A stretch of DNA of 64,000 nt from Desulfomonilia bacterium (GCA_963664325.2 CAXXDQ010000007.1:288001-352000); one strand, 5' to 3'; positions 50,839-62,118 are shown, counted from the first letter of the stretch. Numbers and translations: made by a program. The notes: generated by a model from the letters alone, not told the origin.

Positions 50839-51107
50839 ACCATTAAACCCCCATTAGATAATTGAAACATGAGTGAATATATATACGATTTTTCTTATAA
50901 AAAATCAACTTTATTATATAATTACCTTGGAATGAACACATGTCATAAAATGCAGTATAATTCAACGGGATGACGACAGCACCTCTGCTCAAAATCATAC
51001 GGCAATACAGCCAATATCTTGAATTGGAATGATCGTTTTTAAAATGCGCTTTTAAACGCATATTTTACAGGTTTACCTGACTGCAGATTTGATATAAAAT
51101 TATTTTC

Positions 51108-51449
51108 ATGACAAGCTTTCTCATCAAATGGGCCGTATCTGCCATATCGCTTGCAGTTGCGGCCAAATTAATCAAGGGCATCAACATCGACAGCGGATGG
51201 ACGCTTCTCATAGCCGCGCTGGTAATAGGACTCCTTAATGCCACGTTGAGATGGGTCCTGATTATCCTGACGCTGCCGATAAACATTCTTACGCTCGGGC
51301 TTTTCACCTTTGTCATCAACGCCGTCATGATCATACTGGCTTCCAAACTGGTCAACGGATTCCAGGTCGATGACTTCTGGACCGCTTTTCTGGCAGCAAT
51401 ACTGATGTCGATCGTGGGCTTTTTCCTGAATATCCTTTTTGATTCCTGA
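51108..51449 (+). CDS. 4-TM phage-holin-family (YvlD/DUF360-like) membrane protein
   Basis: LTLPINILTLGLFTFVINA signature. Confidence 0.85.
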   Translation: MTSFLIKWAVSAISLAVAAKLIKGINIDSGWTLLIAALVIGLLNATLRWVLIILTLPINILTLGLFTFVINAVMIILASKLVNGFQVDDFWTAFLAAILMSIVGFFLNILFDS

Positions 51450-51455
51450 TGCCGG

Positions 51456-53728
<2,273 letters not shown>

Positions 53729-53903
53729 TTATAAATCTTGGTTGAACATGTAAACCCGATAAAAATAAAATATTACATTAAAGAAAGAATGGTTTTTGGC
53801 CGAAAGGTATTTTTTAAATAAAATAAAACAGCTTGATTTTGTTGTGCGCTTGATGAATAGAAGAAAAGCGTTTATTACAATCTATCAAGATAAGGAGATT
53901 GTT

Positions 53904-54140
53904 ATGGCAAAAGTTGTATTCAATGTTCAGGACCAGTTTTTAAATCAGGCACGCAAGGAAAGAGTGTCCATCGTGATAACGCTTCTTGATAACGTAAAAA
54001 TGGAAGGGCATGTAAAAAGCTTCGACCCGTTCTGCATACTTCTGCAGACAGATAAGCCAGTCCTGATTTACAAGCACGCAGTAGCAAGCATCGAGCCGCT
54101 TGAGGTGAATTCCAAGTTAAAGGATTTCCTGGCAGGATGA
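53904..54140 (+). CDS. hfq: RNA chaperone Hfq
   Basis: NVQDQFLN..RKE, SFD, LIYKHAV; AAGGAG RBS. Confidence 0.9.
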   Translation: MAKVVFNVQDQFLNQARKERVSIVITLLDNVKMEGHVKSFDPFCILLQTDKPVLIYKHAVASIEPLEVNSKLKDFLAG

Positions 54141-55228
54141 GCTTGCCAAATGGTTTGAGGGCGGCCGTTATTCTGGCCGCCAGCCTGTTAATATCCTTAC
54201 CAGCCTACCCTGCTGAAACAACCCTGACCTCACAAGGCACGGGTATAATCAACAGTCCGAATATTCAGAAGGCGGAAGAGGCGGCAAAACAGGACGCATA
54301 CACAAAGGCCCTGACGCAATATGTTCTTAAACTCGTCCCTCAAAGCTCGGCTTACGCCGTTCTGAACAAGCTTCCGGGGCTTATAACCGAGCGCGGCATG
54401 CAGGATGCCACGGTAATAAGACTTGTTTCAAAAAATCAGCAGCTGAATTTTGTCTATGCCACCTATGAATTCACCGTGAAAGATGACTTCCTTAAGCAAT
54501 GGATTTCAACAAACAGGTTTGATGTGGCGGCCGAATTCAGACCAAGGGTCATGCTTGCCGTGACAACAACGGCACCGGGAGAAAGCAGCCGCGAATGGTG
54601 GAACTCTCCCGGGAAAAAGAAATATTCGGGTTTTGAATCAAAACTCGCATCCGAGCTGGCCCAATGGGGTGAAAATATTTTTACCGAGGCCCCCGAATCA
54701 AGGGCCGGAGGGGTAGAGGCCATAACAATAGCATCATTGTTCAAGGCCGACCTGCTTTTATCCGGCAGCATACGGATTCAGCCTCTGGGCGGTACTATGA
54801 ATCAATGCACATTGAAATTGAACCTTGTTACAGTACCGGGCAAGGCGGTAATAGGCTCATGGAATCTCTCAAAAAAGGCGGAACTGCCTGTCAAGGACAT
54901 GTACGGCCTTGTAATTTCATCCATCCTTGACGAACTCAGACAAAAGATAGACCAGAAGATAACAACAGCATCGATCCCTTCATTCGAAACAACAATCTGC
55001 ATCGATAATATAAAAAATCATGAATCGTATCAGAAGGTTTATGACGCCGTTGCCTCGACTAATGGCGTACTCGAGATTCAGATAAGCAGCATATACTCCC
55101 ATTCCATCTGCCACAGGGCAAAAATCAGGGGCACCCTTGATGAAATAATGCAGAACTTCAAAAGCAAAAACATCCCCGGTGTAGATATCCAGATAAAAGA
55201 CGATTCCGCCCGGCTTGTAATCGAGTAG
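54137..55228 (+). CDS. Secreted hypothetical protein
   Basis: Signal peptide; ATGA overlap with hfq. Confidence 0.7.
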   Translation: MSLPNGLRAAVILAASLLISLPAYPAETTLTSQGTGIINSPNIQKAEEAAKQDAYTKALTQYVLKLVPQSSAYAVLNKLPGLITERGMQDATVIRLVSKNQQLNFVYATYEFTVKDDFLKQWISTNRFDVAAEFRPRVMLAVTTTAPGESSREWWNSPGKKKYSGFESKLASELAQWGENIFTEAPESRAGGVEAITIASLFKADLLLSGSIRIQPLGGTMNQCTLKLNLVTVPGKAVIGSWNLSKKAELPVKDMYGLVISSILDELRQKIDQKITTASIPSFETTICIDNIKNHESYQKVYDAVASTNGVLEIQISSIYSHSICHRAKIRGTLDEIMQNFKSKNIPGVDIQIKDDSARLVIE

Positions 55229-55433
55229 AAAAACCATATTCTTTTAAGCCTGTTGTATAGATAACCTGCCATCACCTATATTCTTGCTGGGTTTGCTTTC
55301 AGTGCATATCTGCGGCAGCGATATATGATTTATAAACTGTCTGAAAATGAAGATATCATCAAGTAATTTTGATAACTATTGCAGGATCCATGTAGTATCC
55401 TGAAGTATTCATTGTTGCAGGCGACATGGTTAG

Positions 55434-55562
55434 TCATATTATCATGAACGTCCCCAAGTCACACCACCAAGTCACACCACATGCCAGACGCTGCTCCAGT
55501 GATGCTTTTGGTGGCATTCTGTTTTCTTTATGCCAGTCTTTGTTTAGTTTGGAATTCTTCAT
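55434..55562 (-). pseudogene. Small ORF coupled to the CMD gene, apparently truncated by the 13-bp duplication
   Basis: TAATG overlap; MKNSKLNKDWHKENRMPPKASLEQRLA then runs into the repeat. Confidence 0.4.
55454..55479. repeat. 13-bp perfect tandem duplication
   Basis: CCAAGTCACACCA x2, preceded by GAACGTCC. Confidence 0.85.
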
Positions 55563-55894
55563 TATGGGCCTTTTGGGGAATCATAAGCCTTGATTGCTGC
55601 CGGCAGAGAGCGAGTGACAATGTTGCCTGCAGCGGGGAGACCTAACAAAACCGCACTGATGACTTCTTCTCGTGATGCTCCTACCTCTCTTGCCTGCATG
55701 ACATGGAAGGGAATACCACTGTCGAGACCTAATACTGCAAGGACGGCAATGTACCCAAGGTATTCTGTCTTCTTGTCCAGTGCACAGGCTTCATCGAGGT
55801 TCTTCGCTGCAGTCATCCATGCCTTAGCGTGTTTAGGTGCTTCCATCATGAATAACTGAAAGGCATTGCTCATTAGTTCTTGATTGTCGGACAA
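55562..55894 (-). CDS. Carboxymuconolactone decarboxylase (AhpD-like) family protein; integron cassette gene
   Basis: ALDKKTEYLGYIAVLA..GIPFHV..GASREE; AGGAG + TTG start just after the attC R' box. Confidence 0.8.
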   Translation of the reverse strand: MSDNQELMSNAFQLFMMEAPKHAKAWMTAAKNLDEACALDKKTEYLGYIAVLAVLGLDSGIPFHVMQAREVGASREEVISAVLLGLPAAGNIVTRSLPAAIKAYDSPKGP

Positions 55895-55912
55895 ATTTCT
55901 CTCCTTTCTGGT

Positions 55913-55976
55913 CCCCAACGCCCCGGTTCAGCGGCGGGCCGCGCAGCGGACCGTCCGCTGCAACCGGTTGTTAGGT
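55913..55976 (-). mobile_element. Integron attC site
   Basis: R'' ACCTAAC, spacer AACCG, L'' GTTGCAGC, central palindrome, L' GCTGAAC, R' GTTGGGG; 6 nt after the TIR gene stop. Confidence 0.9.
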
Positions 55977-55982
55977 CGCCGG

Positions 55983-57395
55983 TCATTTGTCCCACGACAC
56001 CCATGATTGAGCACCATCGCCCTGATCAAAGTTCGGCATCTTGAAAAACTCCCGCAGCTCCGGCATGTCACGGAAGATCTGCGGGAGGTCGTTGCCTTCG
56101 TCAGCCGCAAGTACCTGGTTAACGAAGAGCTGGAGACGGTTCTCAGGTTTATTGGAGAGCCCGCACAGTCCTCCAATGGCTTTGGCCAAATCCTCGATGG
56201 CGTGCTCGAGACTGCGGCGACCACTCCCCGCCTTGTCGGCTTCTTCCCCGTACGTCCGACGGACATGCAGAAGCGCCCTTAGCGAGTGGATGCTCTTCTC
56301 GACAACATGCCTGTTCTCCTCCGGTGAGCCTGCAGGGAAAGGAGCTTCAAGGTGCCGGCCAAGAGCGCGTGAGAATTCAGCGGCAGCCTGCGAGACGTTA
56401 CCGGACCGAAGATCAATGTACTTGACGTCGCGTAGCACCGGCGGGAGATCAACGTCATCGAGCAGAATCGGAATTACTATCGGCCCCTTGCCGTGCGCGG
56501 AGAGTCTCTCTGCCGTGACGATGCTCAACTCCTGCAGCACCCACCGACTTCGGACCGACGCTTCCGACATGAAGAACGCTAGACACTCGGCCGAGCGAAG
56601 GCCATGTGAGATTGTCTCCAGCAGGCTATCACCTGGCGAGATGCGTTCCTCGTCCATCCACACCTCGACACCGTGGGATCGGATCGCGTCGGCAAACGGG
56701 CGGATCCGTCCTTTGTCGGTATGTGTATGACTGAAAAACACGAGCGGATGTCGTTTGCCTTCCGACCTCGCAAGCCGATCAACAGCCCGCCGTATCTCCG
56801 CAGATAGCAAGGCTTCGTCGATCCCCTGCTTCAACGCCGAGGTGACAATGTCATCGAGGTGATCGAGCACTGGTCGAGGCTCGGGCAGGTGCTGCTCGGC
56901 CTGCAGCCTGGCGGCCTCCTGAAGGTCCTGGACCGTGCGGGAGAGGTCGGCCACGACGCCAACAGCAAGGTCGTCAGGTGCCTCAAACGGGGCACACGTA
57001 TGGCGTTCTCGAAGAGTGACCTTCAGCCGCTCCAAGGCACGAATACCATCGGGATCGCGCTCGACGTGCCGCGGCAAGACCGGGACGTCATCTCCTCGAA
57101 TGTAGATCAAGCAGGGTTTCCGGAGGCGATGGCCCTCTTGGTACTCAGACTCGGTGTAGGAGATCTTCTGGCCCGGTACAAAGGTGCCGTATCGGTGCCC
57201 GACCACGACGACCAGGATGTCGCTCTTGCGCACTTCCTCGAGGCACGTCTCCAAAGGCCTGCCCTCTCGCGCACCGAAGAACTCCATAGCGTCGTGCTGC
57301 AACTGGAGGCGCCTTACGGCAGCAAGCACCGCCTCGCGTTCGGGCCCCAGGTCTGCCTGAGTGCTACAAAGGAACACTGTCAGCGTTTGTGCCAT
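55983..57395 (-). CDS. DUF4062 + TIR domain protein (integron cassette)
   Basis: N-term VFLCSTQADL..ER..ME.F..CLEEV..SD..VGHRYG..SYTESEY; TIR VFFSH..VWMDE..PGD..S..SRWVLQEL..IPILL. Confidence 0.85.
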   Translation of the reverse strand: MAQTLTVFLCSTQADLGPEREAVLAAVRRLQLQHDAMEFFGAREGRPLETCLEEVRKSDILVVVVGHRYGTFVPGQKISYTESEYQEGHRLRKPCLIYIRGDDVPVLPRHVERDPDGIRALERLKVTLRERHTCAPFEAPDDLAVGVVADLSRTVQDLQEAARLQAEQHLPEPRPVLDHLDDIVTSALKQGIDEALLSAEIRRAVDRLARSEGKRHPLVFFSHTHTDKGRIRPFADAIRSHGVEVWMDEERISPGDSLLETISHGLRSAECLAFFMSEASVRSRWVLQELSIVTAERLSAHGKGPIVIPILLDDVDLPPVLRDVKYIDLRSGNVSQAAAEFSRALGRHLEAPFPAGSPEENRHVVEKSIHSLRALLHVRRTYGEEADKAGSGRRSLEHAIEDLAKAIGGLCGLSNKPENRLQLFVNQVLAADEGNDLPQIFRDMPELREFFKMPNFDQGDGAQSWVSWDK

Positions 57396-57408
57396 GTCTC
57401 TTCCTTCG

Positions 57409-57497
57409 ACTTAACGGCGAGTTGAGCGGTTTGGAATCGGGCTGGCGAGCTTGCTCGCCAAGTCCGAGGACGAATGTGCTCGAACGATTTGTTCGGG
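57409..57497 (-). mobile_element. Integron attC site
   Basis: R'' CCCGAAC, spacer AAATC, L'' GTTCGAGC, central GGCGAGCAAGCTCGCC hairpin, L' GCTCAAC, R' GTTAAGT. Confidence 0.85.
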
Positions 57498-57553
57498 CGT
57501 GCGAATCAGCACGCATCGGAACAAATCGGGCGAGTGCGTCCGTGCAACTCACC

Positions 57554-57580
57554 GTTCCGGCGCGTGCAGCGCGCCGGAAC
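57554..57580. repeat. Perfect 11-bp inverted repeat at the cassette-array boundary
   Basis: GTTCCGGCGCG-TGCAG-CGCGCCGGAAC. Confidence 0.85.
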
Positions 57581-57801
57581 AATTAATATACCCTGTGGTA
57601 CTTTTTAGTATTTTTTTGAAATTTTATACTATATGACGAAGAAATGGAAAGATAAATATGTCATAAAATCAATATAAACAAACTTTCACCAGCGAGTAAT
57701 TTTTGTTAATAACAAAAGGTGCTTGGCCTTGATCCATGACAAATTGATTATTTGTACCATTTCATGGCATGACACGGGATTTTTCTCTGGTTCGTTAAAA
57801 T

Positions 57802-58140
57802 TCATAACAGAATACCTCTATTAAAGAACAAGTCTTTAATTTGATTTTCTTCCATGTATTTGAACATTTTCTTTGCTGTTTTTGTCCCAATAGGGAAACC
57901 AAGCATTAATATGTAGAGATAGAACTTCAAGAGATAGAAACCCCAAATTTTTCTTATGATAATACCAACTCCAGTTAAAAGATGCCAAGCAACCATGCAT
58001 ATAAAAAAAACTTTGAATGGTGACACAAAGTTAGGACTATTGTGCATCAGGAAATAAATAAATACACCAGCCGCACCAATAAAAAGCAAAGAGATCCCGA
58101 AAGTTTGAATTGGTTTAAACTTTGTTAGATCGAAGATCAT
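57802..58140 (-). CDS. Small AT-rich hypothetical membrane protein
   Basis: Three hydrophobic segments; AAGGA RBS. Confidence 0.6.
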   Translation of the reverse strand: MIFDLTKFKPIQTFGISLLFIGAAGVFIYFLMHNSPNFVSPFKVFFICMVAWHLLTGVGIIIRKIWGFYLLKFYLYILMLGFPIGTKTAKKMFKYMEENQIKDLFFNRGILL

Positions 58141-58169
58141 ACGAAATCCTTTTACTGGTGTTGCCTTTT

Positions 58170-58200
58170 CTCACCACTCACAACTGACCACTCACCACTA
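58170..58200. repeat. Degenerate heptamer tandem repeat
   Basis: CTCACCA CTCACAA CTGACCA CTCACCA abutting the SDR stop codon. Confidence 0.7.
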
Positions 58201-58950
58201 GTTCCTGATCGTCATCCCTCCGTCAACCACCATCGAATGACCAGTTATAAACGATGAATCTTCAGAGGCAAGGAAAAGAGCGGCCCCTGCTATATCCTCA
58301 GGCCTGCCGAGGCGTTTGAGCGGCACGGCCTTTACCATCTTCTGTCTGTATTCGTCAGAGCTTATAAGAGGGGCCAGCATGTCGGTCTCGATGGGCCCAG
58401 GACAGATCGCGTTGACGGTGACCGAGAATTTTGCAAGTTCCATGGCATTGGCCATAGTAAGACCGATGACACCGGATTTCGTCACGCAGTAGACCGGAAG
58501 GAAGGCTGAACCGCGTATGCCCTCAACGGAAGACATGTTTATGATCCTGCCCCTGCCGCTTTTTTTCAGGTAAGGCACACACGCCCTTGTTACACGCATG
58601 ACCCCGGTCAGATTGACCCCGAATGCACGGTCAATCTCGGGGTCGGATATCTGCTCCATATAGCCTATGGTACCTGTTCCTGCGTTGTTCACGAGAACAT
58701 CTATGCCTCCCATGGTTTCTGCAGCCAATGCTGCAAGACGCCTGACATCATCCTCTTTTGAAACGTCGGCGATAGTGCCGGAGGCTTTCCCTCCGGATGC
58801 GTTTATCTGGTTAACGGTATTTTCAAGCCTCTCGGTGTTTATGTCAGAAATGAACACATGCGCCCCTTCCGATGCAAACCTTACAGCAATAGCCTTTCCA
58901 ATGCCTGATGCGGCGCCGGTTACAACTGCCTTGACTCCTGAAAGTTTCAT
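58198..58950 (-). CDS. SDR family oxidoreductase (FabG-like)
   Basis: TGAASGIG, NNAG, YCVTK, VDGG; ATG at 58950. Confidence 0.92.
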   Translation of the reverse strand: MKLSGVKAVVTGAASGIGKAIAVRFASEGAHVFISDINTERLENTVNQINASGGKASGTIADVSKEDDVRRLAALAAETMGGIDVLVNNAGTGTIGYMEQISDPEIDRAFGVNLTGVMRVTRACVPYLKKSGRGRIINMSSVEGIRGSAFLPVYCVTKSGVIGLTMANAMELAKFSVTVNAICPGPIETDMLAPLISSDEYRQKMVKAVPLKRLGRPEDIAGAALFLASEDSSFITGHSMVVDGGMTIRN

Positions 58951-58960
58951 TACGCCATCC

Positions 58961-60034
58961 TTATAATTTTGTTTTATCGACAATATCCTTTGCCGTCTCT
59001 TCCAGTATCTGCACGGCGAATTTAAGCATGCCGAAACGCTCGTCCTTTGTCTGGCCGTTATAGAAGCGGTAATAGATCTGCTGGGCAATGACCGCGAGCC
59101 TGAACAGCCCGAAACAGTAATAAAAATCAAAATTATTGATTTTTATGCCGGACCGTTCGGAATATCGCTCTATTATCTCCTTCCTGCTCATCATGCCGTC
59201 GATATTGCTCGGCATCATTCTTATCATGAGCATGTTCGGCGAATCGTTCTTTTCAACCCAGTATGCGAGAGAACTGCCAAGGTCCATCAGCGGGTCGCCT
59301 ATTGTCGCCATCTCCCAGTCGAGCACGCCAACGATCGTCAGAGGATCATCCTTGTCAAGCACCACATTATCGAACTTGTAGTCATTGTGGATTATGCCCG
59401 GCTTAGCACTTTCAGGCTGCATCTTTTCAGCAAGCCAGGCCATCACATGTTCGAAATCAGGCACATCCGGCGTCCTTGCCTTCCTGTATCTTTCGCTCCA
59501 ACCTTCAATCTGACGCTTTACGTAACCCTCTGGCCTGCCGTATGATTCAAGGCCTATCGCATGGTAGTCAATTGAATGCAGCTCGAGCTGGATATCAATG
59601 AGATTTTCAGAGAGCTTCCTTGCCTGCTCTGCCGAGAGGTCCATACCCCTGGGCAGGTCTTTCCTGAGGATAATACCCTTAAGACGCTCCATCACATAAA
59701 ACGGGCAGCCCATAACACTTTCATCTTCCGAATAGAGAAGGGCCTCTGGACAGTACGGAAATACGGGTTTCAAGGCCTTCAGCATCCTGAATTCCCGGCC
59801 CATATCGTGTGCCGATTTTGCCTTTGTTCCGAAAGGAGGCCTTCTTAAAATCATCTCCTTTCCGCCTGAAGTGACAAGATAGGTAAGGTTTGAAAACCCG
59901 CTGGGGAACTGTTTTATCTCAAGCTCTGAGGTAAGCCCGGGGATCGAGTCCCTGAGGAAAACGCCGACCTTTTTAAGGTCTATCTCCTCACCCTGCCTTA
60001 TATCCTTCGGCTTGTCGATATAGTCATCCGTCAT
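58961..60034 (-). CDS. Phosphotransferase family protein (APH; ACAD10/11 N-terminal-like)
   Basis: GFSNLTY, LRRPP, SAHDMGRE, HNDYKFDN, VLDWEMATIGDPLMDL. Confidence 0.9.
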   Translation of the reverse strand: MTDDYIDKPKDIRQGEEIDLKKVGVFLRDSIPGLTSELEIKQFPSGFSNLTYLVTSGGKEMILRRPPFGTKAKSAHDMGREFRMLKALKPVFPYCPEALLYSEDESVMGCPFYVMERLKGIILRKDLPRGMDLSAEQARKLSENLIDIQLELHSIDYHAIGLESYGRPEGYVKRQIEGWSERYRKARTPDVPDFEHVMAWLAEKMQPESAKPGIIHNDYKFDNVVLDKDDPLTIVGVLDWEMATIGDPLMDLGSSLAYWVEKNDSPNMLMIRMMPSNIDGMMSRKEIIERYSERSGIKINNFDFYYCFGLFRLAVIAQQIYYRFYNGQTKDERFGMLKFAVQILEETAKDIVDKTKL

Positions 60035-60046
60035 CTAGCATCCCTT

Positions 60047-61240
60047 TCAGGCATAGGCCTTCAGCGCCCTTCTGCCGAAGGACACCTTATGCACCTCATC
60101 CGCACCGTCATAGATCCGCGCCGCCCGCTCATGGCGGTAGAAGTACGCCAGTATGGTGTCATCGGTCATGCCGAGTCCTCCATGCACCTGCAGGGCCCGG
60201 TCCACAACGCGCTGCATGGCGTTGGCGACAACGAATTTTATAAGGCCGATTTCATCCCTGGCCGCCTTTGCGCCCTCGGTCTCGATCTTCCAGGCCGCAT
60301 GCAGTGTCATAAGCCTTGCAGCCTGGATATCCGCCGCACTCTCGGCTACCCAGGACTGGATGATCTGTTTTGAGGCAAGCGTCTTTCCGTCAGGAGATAT
60401 AAGCCTTTTGGCCGCCCTGCTGCACATGAGGTCATAGGACCTGGCGCATATGCCCAGCCATCTCATGCAGTGATGGATCCTGCCGGGTCCGAGCCTTTCC
60501 TGCGCGATCACAAAGCCCCACCCTTCCGGGCCAAGCAGATTTTTCTGCGGGACCCTGCATGACTGGTAAAGGATCTCGGCATGGCTGGCATAATCGCTCC
60601 CCTCATGTCCCATCACAGGGATGTTCCGCACAAGGTTGAACCCCGGCGTATCGGTCGGGACGATTATCATGCTCGCCCTCATGTATGGCGACTCGGACGG
60701 GTTTGTCACAGCCATGACTATGGCGAATCTGGCCCCGTCGGCCGAGCTCGTATACCATTTCTGGCCGTTGATGACATAGTCGCTGCCGTCTTTGACTGCG
60801 GTCGTATCCATCATTACCGGGTTCGAGCCGGGGAGCTCGACTTCGGTCATCGAAAAGCAGCTTCTTATCTTTCCCTCGATGAGGGGTTTGAGATATTCCT
60901 TTTTCTGTTCTTCCGTCCCGTACTTGTGAAGGATTTCAATATTGCCTGCATCGGGAGCCTGGCAGTTGAAAACGTAATGTCCCAGGGGTGTGCGGCCCAG
61001 CTCTTCGGACACAAGCGCATGTTCCATCAGGTCGAGCCCCATGCCGCCATATTCTTTCGGGTGGTTCGGAGCCCACAGCTCCATCTGTTTGACTGTCCGG
61101 CGCTTTTCTTCAAGAACGCCCAGCATGTCCCTGAATTCCTTTTTGACAAATTCGGGTTCAAGCGGAATGAGTTCCCTGTCCACAAATTCGCGGATCATGG
61201 AAAGGATTCTCTGCATTTTTTCCGATACCGAAAAATCCAT
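60047..61240 (-). CDS. Acyl-CoA dehydrogenase (ACAD10/11, FadE2-like)
   Basis: FNCQAPDAGNIE, FSMTE, QERLGPGRIHHCMR, QVHGG, RIYDGADEVH; ATG at 61240. Confidence 0.92.
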   Translation of the reverse strand: MDFSVSEKMQRILSMIREFVDRELIPLEPEFVKKEFRDMLGVLEEKRRTVKQMELWAPNHPKEYGGMGLDLMEHALVSEELGRTPLGHYVFNCQAPDAGNIEILHKYGTEEQKKEYLKPLIEGKIRSCFSMTEVELPGSNPVMMDTTAVKDGSDYVINGQKWYTSSADGARFAIVMAVTNPSESPYMRASMIIVPTDTPGFNLVRNIPVMGHEGSDYASHAEILYQSCRVPQKNLLGPEGWGFVIAQERLGPGRIHHCMRWLGICARSYDLMCSRAAKRLISPDGKTLASKQIIQSWVAESAADIQAARLMTLHAAWKIETEGAKAARDEIGLIKFVVANAMQRVVDRALQVHGGLGMTDDTILAYFYRHERAARIYDGADEVHKVSFGRRALKAYA

Positions 61241-61410
61241 TCTGACCTCCATGCGGTTGATCTGACAGATGATATGCCTATGATTATTTTTGCGCAAGCC
61301 CCGCATGAGGCATGTCCGAATAAATCTCCGGGAGAAACAATATGAGCGGCTCGAAGGTAACCACAGTGTACGGTAGCGTCAATATGGGATAATACCCTGT
61401 ATAGTCCGGT

Positions 61411-62118
61411 TTACCTGAACGTCACCATATCTCTATGCCCTGTTTCCAGATGGGGCCATGCGTTGAATGAACGCAGCGTGATGCGGTCCTCGCTGTAAAC
61501 CAGAGTTGAGATTGACGTGTTTGCCATTTGCCAGCAGAGGTGCTGCGCAGTTTCATCGCTGATGCCGGTCACGTCCTGAATGCATGCCGAAATCGTCCCG
61601 CCTGATGCGACAATCAGTATGGTCTTGCCGCTGCCCATTTCAGCTGCTATCCTCGATACAGCCAGTGAAACGCGGGTCTTCACTGAATTCCAGCTTTCAA
61701 TGCCTTCCACCGCGTCTTCTTTTGAAACCCACCTGAGCATCGAGCTTTCGAATATCTTCTGAAAGGCCTTGCGGCTGGTAAATATCTTTTCAAATGCACT
61801 TTTTAACGCCGGGTCTTCTTCAAGGAGTTCAGGCGCAAGTGCTGTTATGATGGCCCTTGAGTCATACTCATTGAATTCCGGCATTATTTTAAGCCCCGGC
61901 AGGATATTCCTGTTTGATCTGAACCCCTCCATAACGATTTCTGCCGTGCGGGTTTGCCTGTCCATGCTCCCGGAATAAACGGCATCAAATATAATCCCCG
62001 CTTTCATGAAATATTGTGCAAGGAGCCTTGACTGTTCTGCCCCTACATCCGAGAGCACATCATAATTTTCTTTCCCGAATGACGCCTGGCCGTGCCTGAC
62101 AAGATATATTATGCTCAT
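61411..62118 (-). CDS. Histidine phosphatase family protein
   Basis: LVRHGQASFG, RQTRTA, FNEYD, SGG, NTS; ATG at 62118. Confidence 0.88.
   Translation of the reverse strand: MSIIYLVRHGQASFGKENYDVLSDVGAEQSRLLAQYFMKAGIIFDAVYSGSMDRQTRTAEIVMEGFRSNRNILPGLKIMPEFNEYDSRAIITALAPELLEEDPALKSAFEKIFTSRKAFQKIFESSMLRWVSKEDAVEGIESWNSVKTRVSLAVSRIAAEMGSGKTILIVASGGTISACIQDVTGISDETAQHLCWQMANTSISTLVYSEDRITLRSFNAWPHLETGHRDMVTFR

Noticed and set aside
51108-51449. Phage holin family gene as a prophage marker
   Set aside because: This 4-TM family is common in chromosomes, and there are no endolysin, structural or integrase genes nearby.
55425-55455. dif-like site at the array edge
   Set aside because: Poor match to the XerC/XerD arms.
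56007-57425. Long plus-strand ORFs (56041-56730, 56859-57425) as a possible integrase
   Set aside because: Antisense shadows of the GC-rich TIR gene; no tyrosine recombinase R-H-R-Y motifs.
57780-57801. TTTTAAC right after the stop of the 57802-58140 gene as a possible third attC
   Set aside because: No L''/L' boxes, palindrome or R' GTT follow.
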